Assembly (NCBI GenBank): GCA_951406725.2
Contig: OX597835.1
Coordinates: 16,740,001-16,804,000, forward strand
From: Octopus vulgaris
Taxonomy: Eukaryota
Length of the DNA stretch: 64,000 nucleotides
Direction: 5' to 3'
Shown in pieces: positions 14,422 through 30,708 of this stretch (the stretch's first letter is position 1; each line of letters begins with the position of its first letter). Under the pieces are notes generated by a model, which was not told where the DNA came from, did no database searches, and worked only from the letters and a program-made list of their open reading frames with translations. The position numbers were made by a program, and so were the translations under genes.

Positions 14422-14741
14422 GTATGTGTGTGTGTGTGTGAGAGTGAGTTTTTCTCCCCATCATCGCTTGACAACCACTGTTGGTGTGCAGGCTCAAACT
14501 TCGATCATGGGACCACAATACTACCAACTATAAGCACGCATGCGCAGATGGCACTGTGACACTAATTAAGATATGTCATGGCGTATGTGCGGACAATGTT
14601 TGACTTCCCCTCGTAGATTGGATGTTGCTAGGCTAGACAGTGCGTAAATGTTGACAGGATAAATACAGCGTGTAGGTAGATACACTAGAGAGATACACCA
14701 TGTAGACGTTGATTGTATATATGCAGTGTGTAGATGTTAGT

Positions 14742-15075
14742 GAAGGCGCATGGCTCAGTGGTTAGAGCGTCGAGCTTACGATCGTGAGGTTGTGAGCTCG
14801 AATCCCGGACCGGGCTGCGTGTTGTGTTCTCGAGCAAGGCACTTTATTTCACGTTGCTCCAGTTCACTCAGTTGTAGAAATAAATTGCGACGTCACTGGT
14901 GCCAAGCTGTATCGACCTTTGTCTTTCCCTTGGATAACACTGGTGACGTGGAGAAGGGAGGCCGGTATGCATGGGCGACTGCTGGCCTTCCATAAACAAC
15001 CTTGCCCGGACTTGTGTCTAGGAAGGTAACTTTCTAGGTGCAATCCCATGGTCATTCATGACCGAAGGGGGTCTT
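14742..15075 (+). mobile_element. tRNA-derived SINE family 3 (related 6115-6312, 47075-47270, 53020-53347, all -)
   Basis: A-box TGGCTCAGTGG and B-box-like GCTCGAATCC head, plus shared body CAAGGCACTTTATTTCACGTTGCTCCAG. Confidence 0.75.
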
Positions 15076-15996
15076 TAGATGTTAACTAGATAGATGCGAT
15101 GTTGATGTTGATTGGTTACAGCGTGTAGATTTTCTCCGGGAGATACGGTGTGTAGACACTGAATACATAAACATTGGTGTTTCTTGTAATATTATTTGCT
15201 TTAATTGAGTTGAGTTTATCATTTCCAAATATATCAGAGGATGCTGAGAATTTTATTCCTGCAAATCCTTTGGTTACTCCTATTCATTGGACAGATACCA
15301 TTTGAAAATGCTGGTTTCAAATTTATGGCACAAGGCCAGCAATTCCTGTGGCGGGAGGGAAGGGATAAGTGGGTTACATTTACCCCAGTGCTCACCAAAT
15401 GCTGATTTTATCGACCCCGAAAGGACGAAAGGCAAAGTCGACCTCGGCAGAATTTGAACCTAGAACGTAAAGACGGTCGAAATGCCCTTAAGTTTTTGGC
15501 CCGGTGTGCTAACGATTCTTATATCTTTACTGCCCACAAGGGGCTACACACAGAGAAGACAAACAAGGATAGACAAACGGATTAAGTCGATTATATTGAC
15601 CCCCAGTGCGTAAATGGTACTTAATTTATCGACCCCGAAAGGATGAAAGGCAAAGTCGACCTCGGCGGAATTTGAACTCAGAACGTAACGGCAGACGAAA
15701 TACGGCTACGCATTTCGCCCGGTGTGCTAACGATTCTGCCAGCTCACCGCCTTACCATATAAAGATGATGCCATTGGTAAAATTCCGATTAAGGAGTGGT
15801 GCAACCGCTTCAAACATGGTCGCACTTCAGTGGAGAACGAGGCACGCTCTGGTAGACCAACCACAAGCTGAAATGAGGAGCTGATTCGGTAAATAGTCAT
15901 GGAAGACTGAACCCGGGACCAAGGCATCTTTCTTTTGTCCCCTTTGGAAGAGAAATGTTATGACAAGTCTGCTTGCCTGTGTATTTGTCACTTTGT

Positions 15997-16031
<35 letters not shown>

Positions 16032-16128
16032 GTCTGTCTGTCTGTCTACCTGATTGTCTGTCCATCCGTCTGTCAGTTCGTCCGTCCGTCCGTCCGTCCG
16101 TCCGTCCATCTGTTCGCATGTCTGTCCG

Positions 16129-16193
<65 letters not shown>

Positions 16194-16194
<1 letters not shown>

Positions 16195-17122
16195 GGGCGT
16201 CGACGAGGAATACCTGACCCGCCTTTTTGAGACGACTTTCGGGCCGGGACCTATGGACAACTTCCAGAGATCCCTGGCCTGGCAGTGCTACCGAGAAGAG
16301 CTACCTGTTCGGGATAAGCTCTATAGGCATGGCTGAAGAAACACGGGGCCGACCTGCCCGAGATGCGGTCAGAGCGACGAAACCGTTCTGCATGCAGTCG
16401 TGCAGTGTCCAACAATCTCCGACCTGTGGGATTATGTTGAACGACTGCTGTCACGTGTGGGACGTGTCGGTTTATCAGCCGAGTCTAATTTTAATATCGT
16501 CACGCCTCCTTCCTTCAAAAGGAAAGGAAGAGCTATTTTTATCATCCTTGTGGCTATGGCAAAAGAATGTATCTGGCGGACGCGTCTGAAAGGATTGGAG
16601 ACAAACACTTTCCTCTCTGGTCAATCTCTCATCAAGAGTAGAGAGGCAAGTTTTGTCTAGTGAATGTTTTAAAAAAAGATGGGTGAATGTAGCAAGGATG
16701 GCACGTTTGAATGACGAAACCACCTTGACTATGATCCTATGAACCGTAAAAATTAATACAAACAGTTGCTTATTTGTAAAAAAATATATCATGTGACTTC
16801 ATTGACCGAGGTTACCGTGGTCTTTTCCGTAGGCTTTTCTTTCCACGGGTAAACCTCACCTGTCCTCCCCTTTACACTTTATATTGACATTTCTGTGATA
16901 ACGATCCCTATTGATCGATTTTTTTCTTTTTCCTTTTATTTCTATCCCCCTTTATTTATTTGTTTTTTGCTTTCCTCTTTCTTTCCATTTACGATCCCTT
17001 TTGATCGAAAACCAACCCACGTTTTTTTTCTTTTCTTCTTTTCTTTTTTTTTATCCCAAAAAGAAAAGCTCTACCTTGTAATTTGTCCCGTCTGTGTGCA
17101 GCCCTGTGTGGCTAATAAAGAA
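16194..17122 (+). mobile_element. Tx1/L1-clade LINE 3' fragment
   Basis: Degenerate zinc-knuckle region CPRCGQSDETVLHAVVQCPTISDLW...AKECIWRTR, then a T-rich 3' UTR and AATAAA. Flanked by (TCTA)n. Confidence 0.75.
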
Positions 17123-17564
17123 ACATATCTATCTATTGTTTGTCTGTCTGCTTGTCTGTCTGTCTTGTCCTTCTGCCTGCCTGTCTGTGTATTATCAATT
17201 TATCTACCTATCCAATATATATGACTATTTCCATAAACGTATACGCATACACTCATATATGCAAGTTTATGTGTACAAATAAATTAAATGAGTACTCTTT
17301 ATATAGTGTAGAATTTATAGCCATGATTAACATAATTAACAGGTAACGATTCTTTAAGGCATCAATTACATCTTCCCCCACACATGCTAATTATGCCTCT
17401 GATCTTTTAGATGCGCTTCAAGAATGGAAATTGAATTCCAGTCATTGGTTAAAGCCATATTAGCCATTTTAAACTCTCTGTGTGTGTGTGTGTGTGCATG
17501 TGCGTGTCCGTGCATGCGTATGCATGTGTATACACACACATAAATGCATACATACATACACACA

Positions 17565-17611
<47 letters not shown>

Positions 17612-18260
17612 TCATATATATATATGCTTATATATATGCATATGTACACATACACACACACACACACATATATGTATACATATTTATATACGCATAAATG
17701 TATATACGTGTATATGTATATATGAATGTGTATATACATATATGTATATATACGTATGTATGTATGTATATATATGTGTATATATATATGTATATACATC
17801 TTTCATCTTTTATCATTTACCTATTTCAGTCATTGGACTGCGGCTATACTGGGCCATAGTCTTGAAGAAGTTTTCATACAACGAAGCGACCCCAATACTT
17901 ATTTTTTAAAAGTATAATACTCATTCTACAGGACTCTTTTGCTGAAACAATAAGTTACGAGGGGACAAACATATCAACAACGGTTTCAAAGAGATAAAGG
18001 ACAACACGGTCACAAAGACACACATACGCGCACATATGCACAAACACCCCACACACGCACACACACACACACACACACTCACAGATATATATGTACCCGA
18101 CGATCTTCATTCAGTTTCCTTCTACCAAATCCACTCACAAGGCTTTGGTGTGTCCGAGGCTCTAGAAGAAGACTTTTGCTCAAGGTTTCACATAGTGGGA
18201 CTGAACCCGGAGCCATGTGTTTGGAAAGCAAACTTTTACCGCACAACCACATCAAAGCCT

Positions 18261-18323
<63 letters not shown>

Positions 18324-18352
18324 CATGCGCATATATGAAACAAGTAAAAGAG

Positions 18353-18391
<39 letters not shown>

Positions 18392-18679
18392 TACAGCCCA
18401 AAATATTGAAATACAAGTAAAAAATCATTGACTTTCAACTCATATCGATATAGCGTCTCAAAAAAGTTAATAACTTTTAATCAATATCACACAATGCTTC
18501 ATGTCAATTATAACCGCACAAGCATGCACACAACTTTAGATGTAGGGATGTGTTACGGACAAATTCCACTTGAAAATGAAATTTTGGCGCGAAATCATCG
18601 TGAGCACTAATTCCATGCACCTATTATCTTATGCCATCAGACATCATATTAACCGCAATGCATGCACGCACACACATAT

Positions 18680-18720
<41 letters not shown>

Positions 18721-18848
18721 TTTATTTAAGGCAGCAGAAAATTCAACAAAACCTGTTATTCTGAGTTTCCCGTTGCCGTTCATCGGACAGATGAACGGCA
18801 ACGGGAAACTCAGAGTAACTGCTGCTTTAAATAAAGCATATTACTCTA

Positions 18849-18898
<50 letters not shown>

Positions 18899-20067
18899 AG
18901 AGTTTACGAAAAAAAACAAAAGACGAAGACAGGTGGTGTATAAAACAAACAGATGTATTAGTATAACGCTCAAGAATAGAAAAAAGTCTTTTACGTTTCG
19001 AGCCTACGCTCTTCTACAGAAAGGGACACAGAAAAAGACAAGTAGAGAAAAAAATGCGTGTAGTGGCTAACGATCTATCATGGCGACTATATATGCGTGT
19101 GTGTGTGTGTGTTTATGTATGTATGCGTGTGTGTGGGTTTGTGTCTGTGCTTGGGTTTCTCTCCCACCGCCAGTTTTGGCTTGTTTACGGCTCAACGACT
19201 TAACGTTTCGGCAAATAAAAAAAAGGAACCGGCAGAATAAGTACCTGACTTTTAAAAAATAAAAGTACTGGGGTCGATTTCTTCGACCAAAAGCGAACCT
19301 TTTTAGGCGCTGCCCCAGAATCACCGCAGTCTAGTGACTAAAACACGCCAAACAACAAGAAAAAAAACCCCTCATCCCAAAGAACATGAATATTATATAC
19401 AAAACATATATATATATATATATTCAAAAGATTGATATATTAAATTACTAAGACACAGAGTAAAGGACAATGCCAAATAAGAATGTTCTGTGTATTGTAG
19501 ATGCTTCTATGATAATTTTTTGTTTTCTTGACCTTTGAGTATAAAATATTTATTAAACGAGACTCGAGTCAAATTCCATTGAAAATATTCCACAAGATTC
19601 TACTTCAGCTTGCACAGATTGCTCAGATTTAGTGTGCCCCACCCCACTTCATCCATTATCATTATTTCTCATGTTTGATAATTTGTTGTTGTTGTTGATA
19701 TTGTTGTTGTCATAGATGTTGACGTTGTTGTTGCTGTTGTTGGCGTTGTTATCTTTCGGCATTCACATCAGAGATTCACTGCTGTCAAATCATCTAATCC
19801 TATTAATCAACAACCCTCTTTCACTCTCACCCCCGCTTCCTTCTCTTTCCCCACCACATACACTCACACACGTATACACACATACACACATGTACACATG
19901 TATATATGTATGTGTGTATGCATGTACGTATGTACATATGTATATATGTATGACTATATGTATGGGTGTATGCATGAATGTTTGTATGTAGGTATGTATG
20001 TGCATATATGTTTGTATATAGGTGGAGACTTGGTATATATATATATATACACACATATATATGTATA

Positions 20068-20115
<48 letters not shown>

Positions 20116-20233
20116 TATTTGTATACTTATATATATATATTTATATATATATGATATATATAAATATACGTACATACACACAGGAATATGTAATGTATAT
20201 GGATATGAGTAAATATATATTTATCTACCTACA

Positions 20234-20306
<73 letters not shown>

Positions 20307-20420
20307 ATATATATATGTACAAATATATATATGTGTGTATATGCACATGTATAAGTGTGATATATAAATACATATTGTATTTATATATGAACGACTGTAT
20401 GCGTATTTACATATACAGGC

Positions 20421-20512
<92 letters not shown>

Positions 20513-20949
20513 AGTGGCGCTCTTTTATTCCCGTACTTGCACATGCTTACATCTGTAGTGTGAGGTGGAGTGGGTATGGAAAGAGGCATTGGAATGAAAA
20601 GTAGAATAGATTAGGAATAAAAATAAAATATATACAAGAAAAAAAAAACACACGACAGAAACGTGCATACAGGGAGTATATACTTCAGGTATATACACAG
20701 TATACACTCATGAGATCCTGTGAATGACATGATTTACCGTCTAGTTTACGTCATTTTCGGTTTGATAAAATATGCAAAAAGCCTCGAATTATCTTTATTT
20801 TATTTTAATTTAATTTTATTTTATTCTAATTTTTTTTTTTACTATTTGGAACCCACGATCAAAATTTTTTACATTGCTTTCGCTTTCTTATGGCACTCAC
20901 TTTCCATTTTCGTTTTATTTTTATTGTTGTTGCTGTTGGTGGTGATGGT

Positions 20950-21500
<551 letters not shown>

Positions 21501-21806
21501 TCACAGCAGCAGAATATCAGACACAGCCTTTGTTTCTATCGAAGAATATTTTAGGGTATTTGTTCATTGACAAGATGGTGCTATTATATAATATATACGA
21601 TATGTAAACGAAGCTGTGTTTTCCAGGATGGCGGTGAACATCTTTCTCCATGTGATCGGCTTGAAAAACTGTTAAGGTACTAGGATATTTTTTCTATTCT
21701 TCATAACATGAAACTATTTATAATAATAATGGCCTTAGATCACGATTAAAGGAATCATATCCACAAATGCGTGTTGAGCACAGTTTTTTCATCGTCCGAC
21801 ATGTAC

Positions 21807-21886
<80 letters not shown>

Positions 21887-22044
21887 TTTATTTAAAGCAG
21901 CAGAAAATTCAACAAAACCTGTTACTCTGAGTTTCCCGTTGCCGTTCATCGGACAGTTTCTGCTGCTTTAAATAAAGCATATTACTCTACCACTGGTATT
22001 TGAGTACTCTTTTTTCCACCTTGTTTCACATTTATGTGTTTACT

Positions 22045-22104
<60 letters not shown>

Positions 22105-22570
22105 GTACGTTTATGTGTAGAAAATAAATTCTTATACACCCAGTCTTGTGTAAATGGACATCGTTATTATACAAGGCGAACCTAAGTTAAACTGGATCTT
22201 CGATGTCGTTAGCAGTCGATGAACAATAACGAGAATAGAATAATTCGCTATCGAGAAACTCGGAGTACTGAAGGAAAGTATTACATTATCTGTGTCAGTT
22301 AGTAAACTTAGTTCTGTGTTTCCAACAATGGTGAGTTTTGAGGTCTTTGAGGGTTTGCTGTTACACACGTGATTTGACAATATATATATATATGTAATTC
22401 ATTCTAAACACACACTCACACACAAATGCATACAAGTATGAGTTTACGAACAAGAAAAAAAATACTCAATACAGAAGTAGAGCATAAATGTTTATTGTAG
22501 TGCTGACTTTACTCATTGTTTTTACTCAGAATTTCATGAATATAATATCGCTGATAGCGTTAAAGCTGCG

Positions 22571-22647
<77 letters not shown>

Positions 22648-23562
22648 TACACACATATATGTATATATACATACACATATAAGTAAATATATATATATAT
22701 ATATTATATATGATCAACTTTAAACAATATGGTGTTTATTTTGAAATACAGTTTTTTTCTAAGTAGGAAGTTTTTCATGGAAGATCTAAAGGGTTAAAAG
22801 TCAGTGCTGGAGAATTTAAACTAAGTTGCAAAGGCAGTTAAAATTATTGCTCTATAATAAATGACGCTACAACTAAATCTAATTCTACGGTTAAAAGGAA
22901 GCAAGTTACGGGATATTACAAAAGAATCTTCAACTAGATTTGTGTTTTGGATTGGCTGTTTTTACTTCTTTTTATTTCGTCTTTCGCTTCGGGGGTATCA
23001 TTTTGCGAAGCTTCCATAACATCTATAGGCATTTGCGTTAAATGTAGAAGCAGTGACGAATGAATGTTTTGTAAATAGTAATAGTAATATTTATAAGCTT
23101 AAAGCTTATAAACGACCACCGTGTATTGTCTAAAGAAAATAGCCTAATAGTGGGGTATATAAAGCCCACGACCTAAAAAATACTTTTTACCGTCGAGGGC
23201 TTATATGCCCCAATATTAGACTACTTTATTTAGCCAATATACGGTGATCGCTTATGGGCTTTAAGTTTACAATTATTATTATTTGCATCTGTAGACATCC
23301 TGGATATAATTTCGTCATAGTTTGCCTCATAAATTTCTTCGGTACTTTCAATGGAATTCTTTCGTTGTCAGTGAAAAACAGAACCAATATCAGTGAAATT
23401 CGTTTCCGGGTTTTGTTTCAAAATTGAAGTGATTTTTGTCTGGTTTTCTTCTCTGTTGGTCATTTAAGGATCACCTTCATCCATTTCTCCTTTATTTGCA
23501 GTTGTTCCATAACAGCTCAAGAATTGTCGTAGCTGTCCGATGTAAATATCATATCTTGAGGT

Positions 23563-23891
23563 TTACTTCCTTGAAAATTTACTCGTTTTAATAGCATTGA
23601 TTGCAGCAATTTTATTCAGTTTGACGATGGGGTCAACTCTGGAGCTATCGTCTGCTTTCGCTCTTTCATTGTCTCCGACATCAACACTATTGCTACGTCC
23701 TCCACTGTTGATTGAAATTTTCTCCTGGCAGCAATCTGTCGGCGAACTAACCGCAGTAGAAGTGTTATTACTATTAATAATGCTAACTGAAGAAGTAGAG
23801 ATTGCTGTTGTCGTAGCTGCACTTGTTGCTGTTTCTGCGGCGGGTTTAATGGCTAGAAACTTGTTAAGTTGACTATGTTTTATGAAGTCTC
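23563..23891 (-). CDS. Probable terminal coding exon (Ser/Thr/Ala-rich tail)
   Basis: tattccag|GA acceptor, 109 open codons (DFIKHSQLNKF...KTSKFSRK*) in non-repetitive sequence. Minus-strand AATAAA hexamers lie downstream (e.g. 22735-22740). Assignment to the cadherin is uncertain. Confidence 0.55.
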
Positions 23892-24325
23892 CTGGAATAG
23901 ATTTATACCATATTTAATACCTCTTCTCTGACGAACATTAATTAATTTACACAGCCATTAGTCAAATGCAAATATGAAGATGAAATGTAGAGTATGACCT
24001 AACAAAATACACACATACACACACACACACACAACAGACCCTCCCAATAGAACAAACGCCACCGAAAAAAACACACATAAACTCTCTCATTCTCATACAC
24101 AGATACACACGGGCATAAATGCACATATACACACGTAATCAAAAAAATAAAAAATAAAAAATAGAATATATTAAAAAGTTACTATCAGGAATTATATATT
24201 CAAGACAGGATTTTTGTCATGTCATCTCTCAACCTTCTGTAACAATAATAGCTGACTTTGTAGCACTCTATGTAAATTATGAATATTTTAGTGAAAAATC
24301 TAACCGCACACACACACAAACACAA

Positions 24326-24356
<31 letters not shown>

Positions 24357-24994
24357 AAAATAAAACGTAACGCCATGTTTTATCGTCTTGTTCGAAAAGG
24401 AGAGAAAGAGAGACAGGGTGAGGAGAAAGAGAAGCACGAGGAAGGGAGAGGAGAGGGGAGTAGTGGGAGAAGAAGACGTAAAATTTAGCTGTGTCATAAA
24501 CTGAGTTTTTCCCCCTCACTTTAGAAATATTTACGACTTGTCCTGGTTAAATCTGATAGGTTTATGTCGCAATAAAACTCTGCTAAGTTGTTTGGTGACT
24601 GTAACGATGGCTTTTTTATTTATTTAAATAATGATAAGAAATCAGATTTTGGTTTTATTACTATAATTTTTTTGTGAGGTTTTTTTTTTCGTTTTACTTG
24701 TTGGTTTTTATTTAATACTTTTCTTTTCTTTACTGAAATATCTTTTCGTATTTATGTTACCTCAGCATGTGTGTATGTATGCATAATAATGCAGATTAAT
24801 ATAGCGTCGGGTTTGTATATGTTTGTGGAATATATACAGGAATATACATAATCACACACAGACACAAATGCACACACACACACGCATATCAACATATTAC
24901 GTATATATATATATATATATAAAATATTGATATATATACGTACTTATATATGTATATAATATATATATATAATATTCATATATATACGTACTTA

Positions 24995-25032
<38 letters not shown>

Positions 25033-25661
25033 TTATATATATACGTACTTATATATATATAGATTATATATTATTTAAGCATCTATAAATATACTCATAT
25101 ATATATACATGTATATGCATATATATATAATATATAATATATATATGCATATATATATGTATGTATATATATATATATATGTATATACATACATACGAAC
25201 ATATATATATATGTATATATATATATGCGTTATGACATATCACATGATATATAATACATTATGTAAAGATGTATACTATGCAGTACTTATCTGGATATGC
25301 GGATATGATACGACATATATTTTACTATCAGTTACTACACATACACACACACACACACACACATACACACACATACACATACACACACATATATAAAGGC
25401 ATTATTTATATTACTTACGCAGCAATATATAAATGTATATGTGTATGTCTGTGCGTGTGCGTGTATGAGAAAGAGTGTACATATTTTTACACTTTCATGT
25501 TTACATGCATACATCCATGCATCCACACATTCATAAATCAGGATTTGGTTGTTCCGCAATCGTTCAGGTAACTCTAAAACTAGTGTAAATAGCCATATAA
25601 GCACGTTTTATTCCATAGATTCAATACACTTTTACTCTATCGTTTTCACATTCAGCTACAT

Positions 25662-25734
<73 letters not shown>

Positions 25735-25864
25735 TATATGTCCCGGGTTGAGTCGGGGTTAACCACAGTAAATAAGGTACTCAATACATAGCAGAGTAAA
25801 TTGATTTATTTTATAGAAGGAGCTTCTACAGGACTAGAACTGTTTCATTCAAAAGAAATCATCA

Positions 25865-25917
25865 GAGCTTCCTGATGATTTCTTTTGAATGAAACAGTTC
25901 TAGTCCTGTAGAAGCTC
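25865..25917 (+). ncRNA. Type I HHR, canonical core, in inverted duplication
   Basis: GAGCTTC-CTGATGA-T-TTC(TTTT)GAA-T-GAAA-CAG(TTCTAGTC)CTG-TA-GAAGCTC. A mirror copy lies on the minus strand at 25820-25865. Confidence 0.8.
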
Positions 25918-25924
25918 CTTCTAT

Positions 25925-25985
<61 letters not shown>

Positions 25986-26534
25986 AGAGTTTACGAAAAA
26001 AAAAACAACAAAAGACGAAGACAGGTGGTGTACAAAACAAACAGATGTATTAGTATAACGCTCAGGAATAGAAAAAGTCTTTTACGTTTCGAGCCTACGC
26101 TCTTCTACAGAAAGGGGCACAGAAAAAAACAAGGAGAGAAACAAGGAAAGAAAAAAATGTGTGTAGTGGCTAACGATCTACCATGGCGACTAGAGCCGGA
26201 CATATATGTATATGTTCATTGTTTGTCATATATGTCATATATGTATATGCACAAGTACATATATACATACATACAAGCAAACATATGCGTTTGATATGCG
26301 ATAGTTTAGAATATATGTATAGATTTTTGCCAAAATAGTATGTGTACACTGACATTGTCTTCATGGCTTTTTGCATATATTATTTTCGTGAATGGAAGAA
26401 AGAAAGAAAAAAAAAACAACTGGACTTGTAATCTGTTAATACTTTTCAAGAATGCAGGATATATACAAATCGGTCTATCTAGTTGACTTGAAATTTTAGT
26501 AATGATGGATTGAGCTTAGTTACATAGGGTACTC

Positions 26535-26578
26535 AGTTGCTGATAACATCCCAATACAGGATTGAAACAAGTCCAGTT
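26535..26578 (+). ncRNA. Degenerate type I HHR (G8A)
   Basis: AGTTG-CTGATAA-C-ATCC(CAATACA)GGAT-T-GAAA-CAAG-TC-CAGTT. Confidence 0.45.
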
Positions 26579-26903
26579 AGTTCTCTTCCCACGCGTATAG
26601 ACATGTGCCTTTAGATGTAAAGTTGGCAAAATCTTAAAGATATATACTGTGTAAAAGACCAGTTCCACTGGGAATGCGACCATAGATTTACAATATAGAA
26701 TGGTGATGAACTATACCTTCAGACCCTGCCCCAGGAATACGCGGAGTTTTTTAATGATCTAAAAGTTTGTTGGCCTGGTGTATTTGTATTAAGAAAGAAC
26801 TTATATAATATTTTGCTTGGATTGCTAATCCCCCATTAATAACATTTTATGTATGTATGTATGTATGAGAATATATATATATATATATATATGTATATAA
26901 TTA

Positions 26904-26944
<41 letters not shown>

Positions 26945-27156
26945 GCATGTATATACACATATATATATGTAAAACTGTCTGTCTGTCTGTATATATATAC
27001 ATGTGGTTCGTAAGCAAGCTACTTACCACACAGCCACTCCCACGCCTATGCAAAAATTTCACAACCTTCTGCACCAAGAAACCACTATTGCCCCTGAAAG
27101 TTGTTTTTTTTATATATATCTTCTACAGATTGCATCTTGATCCACGGATCTTACAT

Positions 27157-27224
<68 letters not shown>

Positions 27225-27554
27225 TTACTTGTATATGTAACATGTTAAACGCGTGAACTAACACGACTGCTATTTTACAACGTACAACTTAAAGATGTCA
27301 GCAGTTTTTAAACTAGTATTATCCTTATCCTTATCAAATCTAATAAATTTCGTTTTCTTCATATTAATCTGATTTATTAATTCAATAAAATAATGGATTC
27401 ACAGCTCGGGTTTATGATGTTGTTGTTGTTAATCTTAGCATCTTTATTCTGTCATCTTAATTTTCGTTCTTCTCCTGTTCCTGCTCCATTTTCTCCGCAT
27501 TATTATTATTATTATTAATATTATTATCATCATCATCATCATCATTATTATTAA

Positions 27555-27599
<45 letters not shown>

Positions 27600-27608
27600 C
27601 ATCATTAC

Positions 27609-27645
<37 letters not shown>

Positions 27646-27653
27646 TATTATTA

Positions 27654-27710
<57 letters not shown>

Positions 27711-27723
27711 TTATTATTATTAT

Positions 27724-28008
27724 TCAGTAGTTTTATTTTTATAGCGTGCTTTCACTTCACAGCGCAGCTCTGTGTGCCTTGGGTATGTGCTGTGATTTGT
27801 TGTGATGCTCTGATGGTTATTGTATGGAAAGTGTTCTGCGTAGGATGTGTGCAGTGCCTAGTAGTGCAATTTTCTGTATGTTATATGTGTTTGTAAGTCC
27901 TGGTGTTTTTGTTATGTATTTGTCTGAATATTTTTTTTTATCATGCCTAATGCACCTACTATGATAGGAATTGTTTCTGTTTTCAGATTCCACATTCTAG
28001 TTACCTCT
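27724..28008 (-). mobile_element. Dong/R4-clade LINE 3' end
   Basis: EVTRMWNLKTETIPIIVGALGMI...NIQKIALLGTAHILRRTLSIQ* with one frameshift, typical of an RLE-type C-terminus. Embedded in (TAA)n on both sides. Confidence 0.75.
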
Positions 28009-28657
28009 TATTATTATTATTATCATCATCATTATTCGAAGGCGGTAATCTGGTACATTCGTTCACACATCGAACAAAATGCTCATCGGCATTTCTTCCG
28101 TCTTCAAGTTCTGTGTTCAAATTCCGTCGAGGTCGACTTCGACTTTCATCCTTTCGAAGTGGATAAAGTAAGTACCGGTTGAACATTAGGAGGTCGATGT
28201 AATTGACTCATCCCCTCCTTCAAAATTGCTGCCCTTGTGGCAAAATTTGGAACTAGATAAAACTCTGTCTTTCATCCCTCCAGGGTCGATAAAATAAAGT
28301 ACCAGTCAAGTACATGTACCAGTCGACGTACACCTCACTAAATCATCTGGCCTTGTGTCAAAATTTGAAAACCTTCTTCTTCTTCTTCTTCTTCTTCTTC
28401 TTCTTCTTCTTCTTCTTCTTCTTCTTCTTCTTCTTCTTCTTCTTCTTCTTCTTCTTTTTCTTCTTCTGGCACATATATTTTTTATTTGTTTCAGTCATTT
28501 GACTGCGGCCATGCTGGAACGCTGCCTTTAGTCGAACAAATCAACCCCAGGACTTATTCTTTGTAAGCCTAGTACTTATCCTATCGGTCTCTTATTGCCG
28601 AACCGCTAAGCTACAGGGACGTTATCACATCAAGTTCGGTTATCAAGCGATGGTACA

Positions 28658-28733
<76 letters not shown>

Positions 28734-28994
28734 GTATATATATACAATGCACTTCTTTCAGTTTCCGTCTACTAAATCCACTCACAAGTCTTTGGTTGGC
28801 CCGAGGCTATAGTAGAAGACACTTGCCCAAGGTGCCACGCAATGAAGCTGAACCAGGAACCATGCGATTGGTAAGCAAGCTACTTACCACACACCCACTC
28901 CTGCGCCTATTTGATTACTATAAACAAATCATTTGTGTGTGCTGGACGTTCAGTAAAAGCTGACCATTCATACGTCATCGTCGACGGGAGGGTC

Positions 28995-29125
<131 letters not shown>

Positions 29126-29128
29126 CAT

Positions 29129-29233
<105 letters not shown>

Positions 29234-29504
29234 TATTGTTATTACCATTATTATTATTCCATTTATTATAATTTTAAAAAAATACAGCTTATATCATAAC
29301 TTAACCAGAGATCATAAGGCCGGTAATAATTTTGTTTTGTTTCACTTAACGTTTTTATTCAAAAAGTTTTTAGTCGTAAATTCGAATTTTCGGTTTACAA
29401 TAATTTTTCTCCATTAAGCAATAAACAACATGATAATGATAGTGATAATGATAATGATGATGATGATGATGATAATGATGATGATGATGATGATAATAAT
29501 AATG

Positions 29505-29561
<57 letters not shown>

Positions 29562-30652
29562 GTAATAATAATAATAACAATAATGATAATGATAATAATA
29601 ATAATAAAATAAAAGAAATAAAATTAATTTAGTTATTCTGTTTCAATGTTTTAATTAATCCTTTAAATCTAGTATTGGTTGAATTAATATTAACCAGAGA
29701 TAATAATCTCTAATTTAATTTGTAGAATATTATCTTTGAACCATCTCTTCCTTAACTTTTAATATCATCGGAATTCTTTAAAAAAAATATTCAAGCGTTT
29801 ATTGTAATCACTATTTGCTGCTGCTGTTGTTGTTGTTGTTATTTATATTTTTACTGTTCTCAATTTTTTTTTTTTTTACATTTTTACATTGAAATTCTTT
29901 CCCTCGTAAACCCATTTTTCGTTATGCTTAGATTATATGGTCATTTTCAGTGCGGTGGTGGTGTTGGTGATGGTGGTGGTAGCGGTGGTGATGATGATGA
30001 TGATGGTGATGAGAGCTGTGGTGTTGATGATGGAAATCATGAAGTTGATAATGATGATTATGATGATGATAATGAGGGTGGTGATGATCATGGTGATTAC
30101 AATGATGATGATGATCATCATCATCATAGTGATGATGTTGATAATGCTAATGATAATGATCATGATAATCATGTTAATGATGCTGATGCTGATGATGGTA
30201 ATGATAATGATGATAGTGCTGGTGATGATCGTGATGACCACAAACCTAAGAACTCATTCTTCCACTTATTTATTTATTTATTTATTTATTTCATCTCTTT
30301 GCCGTTCCTTCTCCCCTCTCTCCCACTCCCCCTCTCTCTCTCCCTCTCCGCCTCTCTCCCCTTCTCCCCTCTCCCCCTCTTCTCATCTTTTCTTCAAATC
30401 TACCCCATTTCAATGTCCTTGATAGGTTTCTCTATTTCATGCAAAACATTGCTGTGCTTCCTTCCTTCCTTCCTTCCTTCCTTCCTTCCTTCCTTCCTTC
30501 CTTCCTTTCTTTCTTTCTTTCTTTCTTTCTTCCTTTCTTCCTTCCTTCCTGTCTTTCCCCCCTTCTAATTCTCTTACATCGACACTAGCTTATCCCTCTC
30601 TCTCTCTCTCTCTCACTTGTTCTGCAACACAACTACATTCTATACTTTCCTC

Positions 30653-30708
<56 letters not shown>

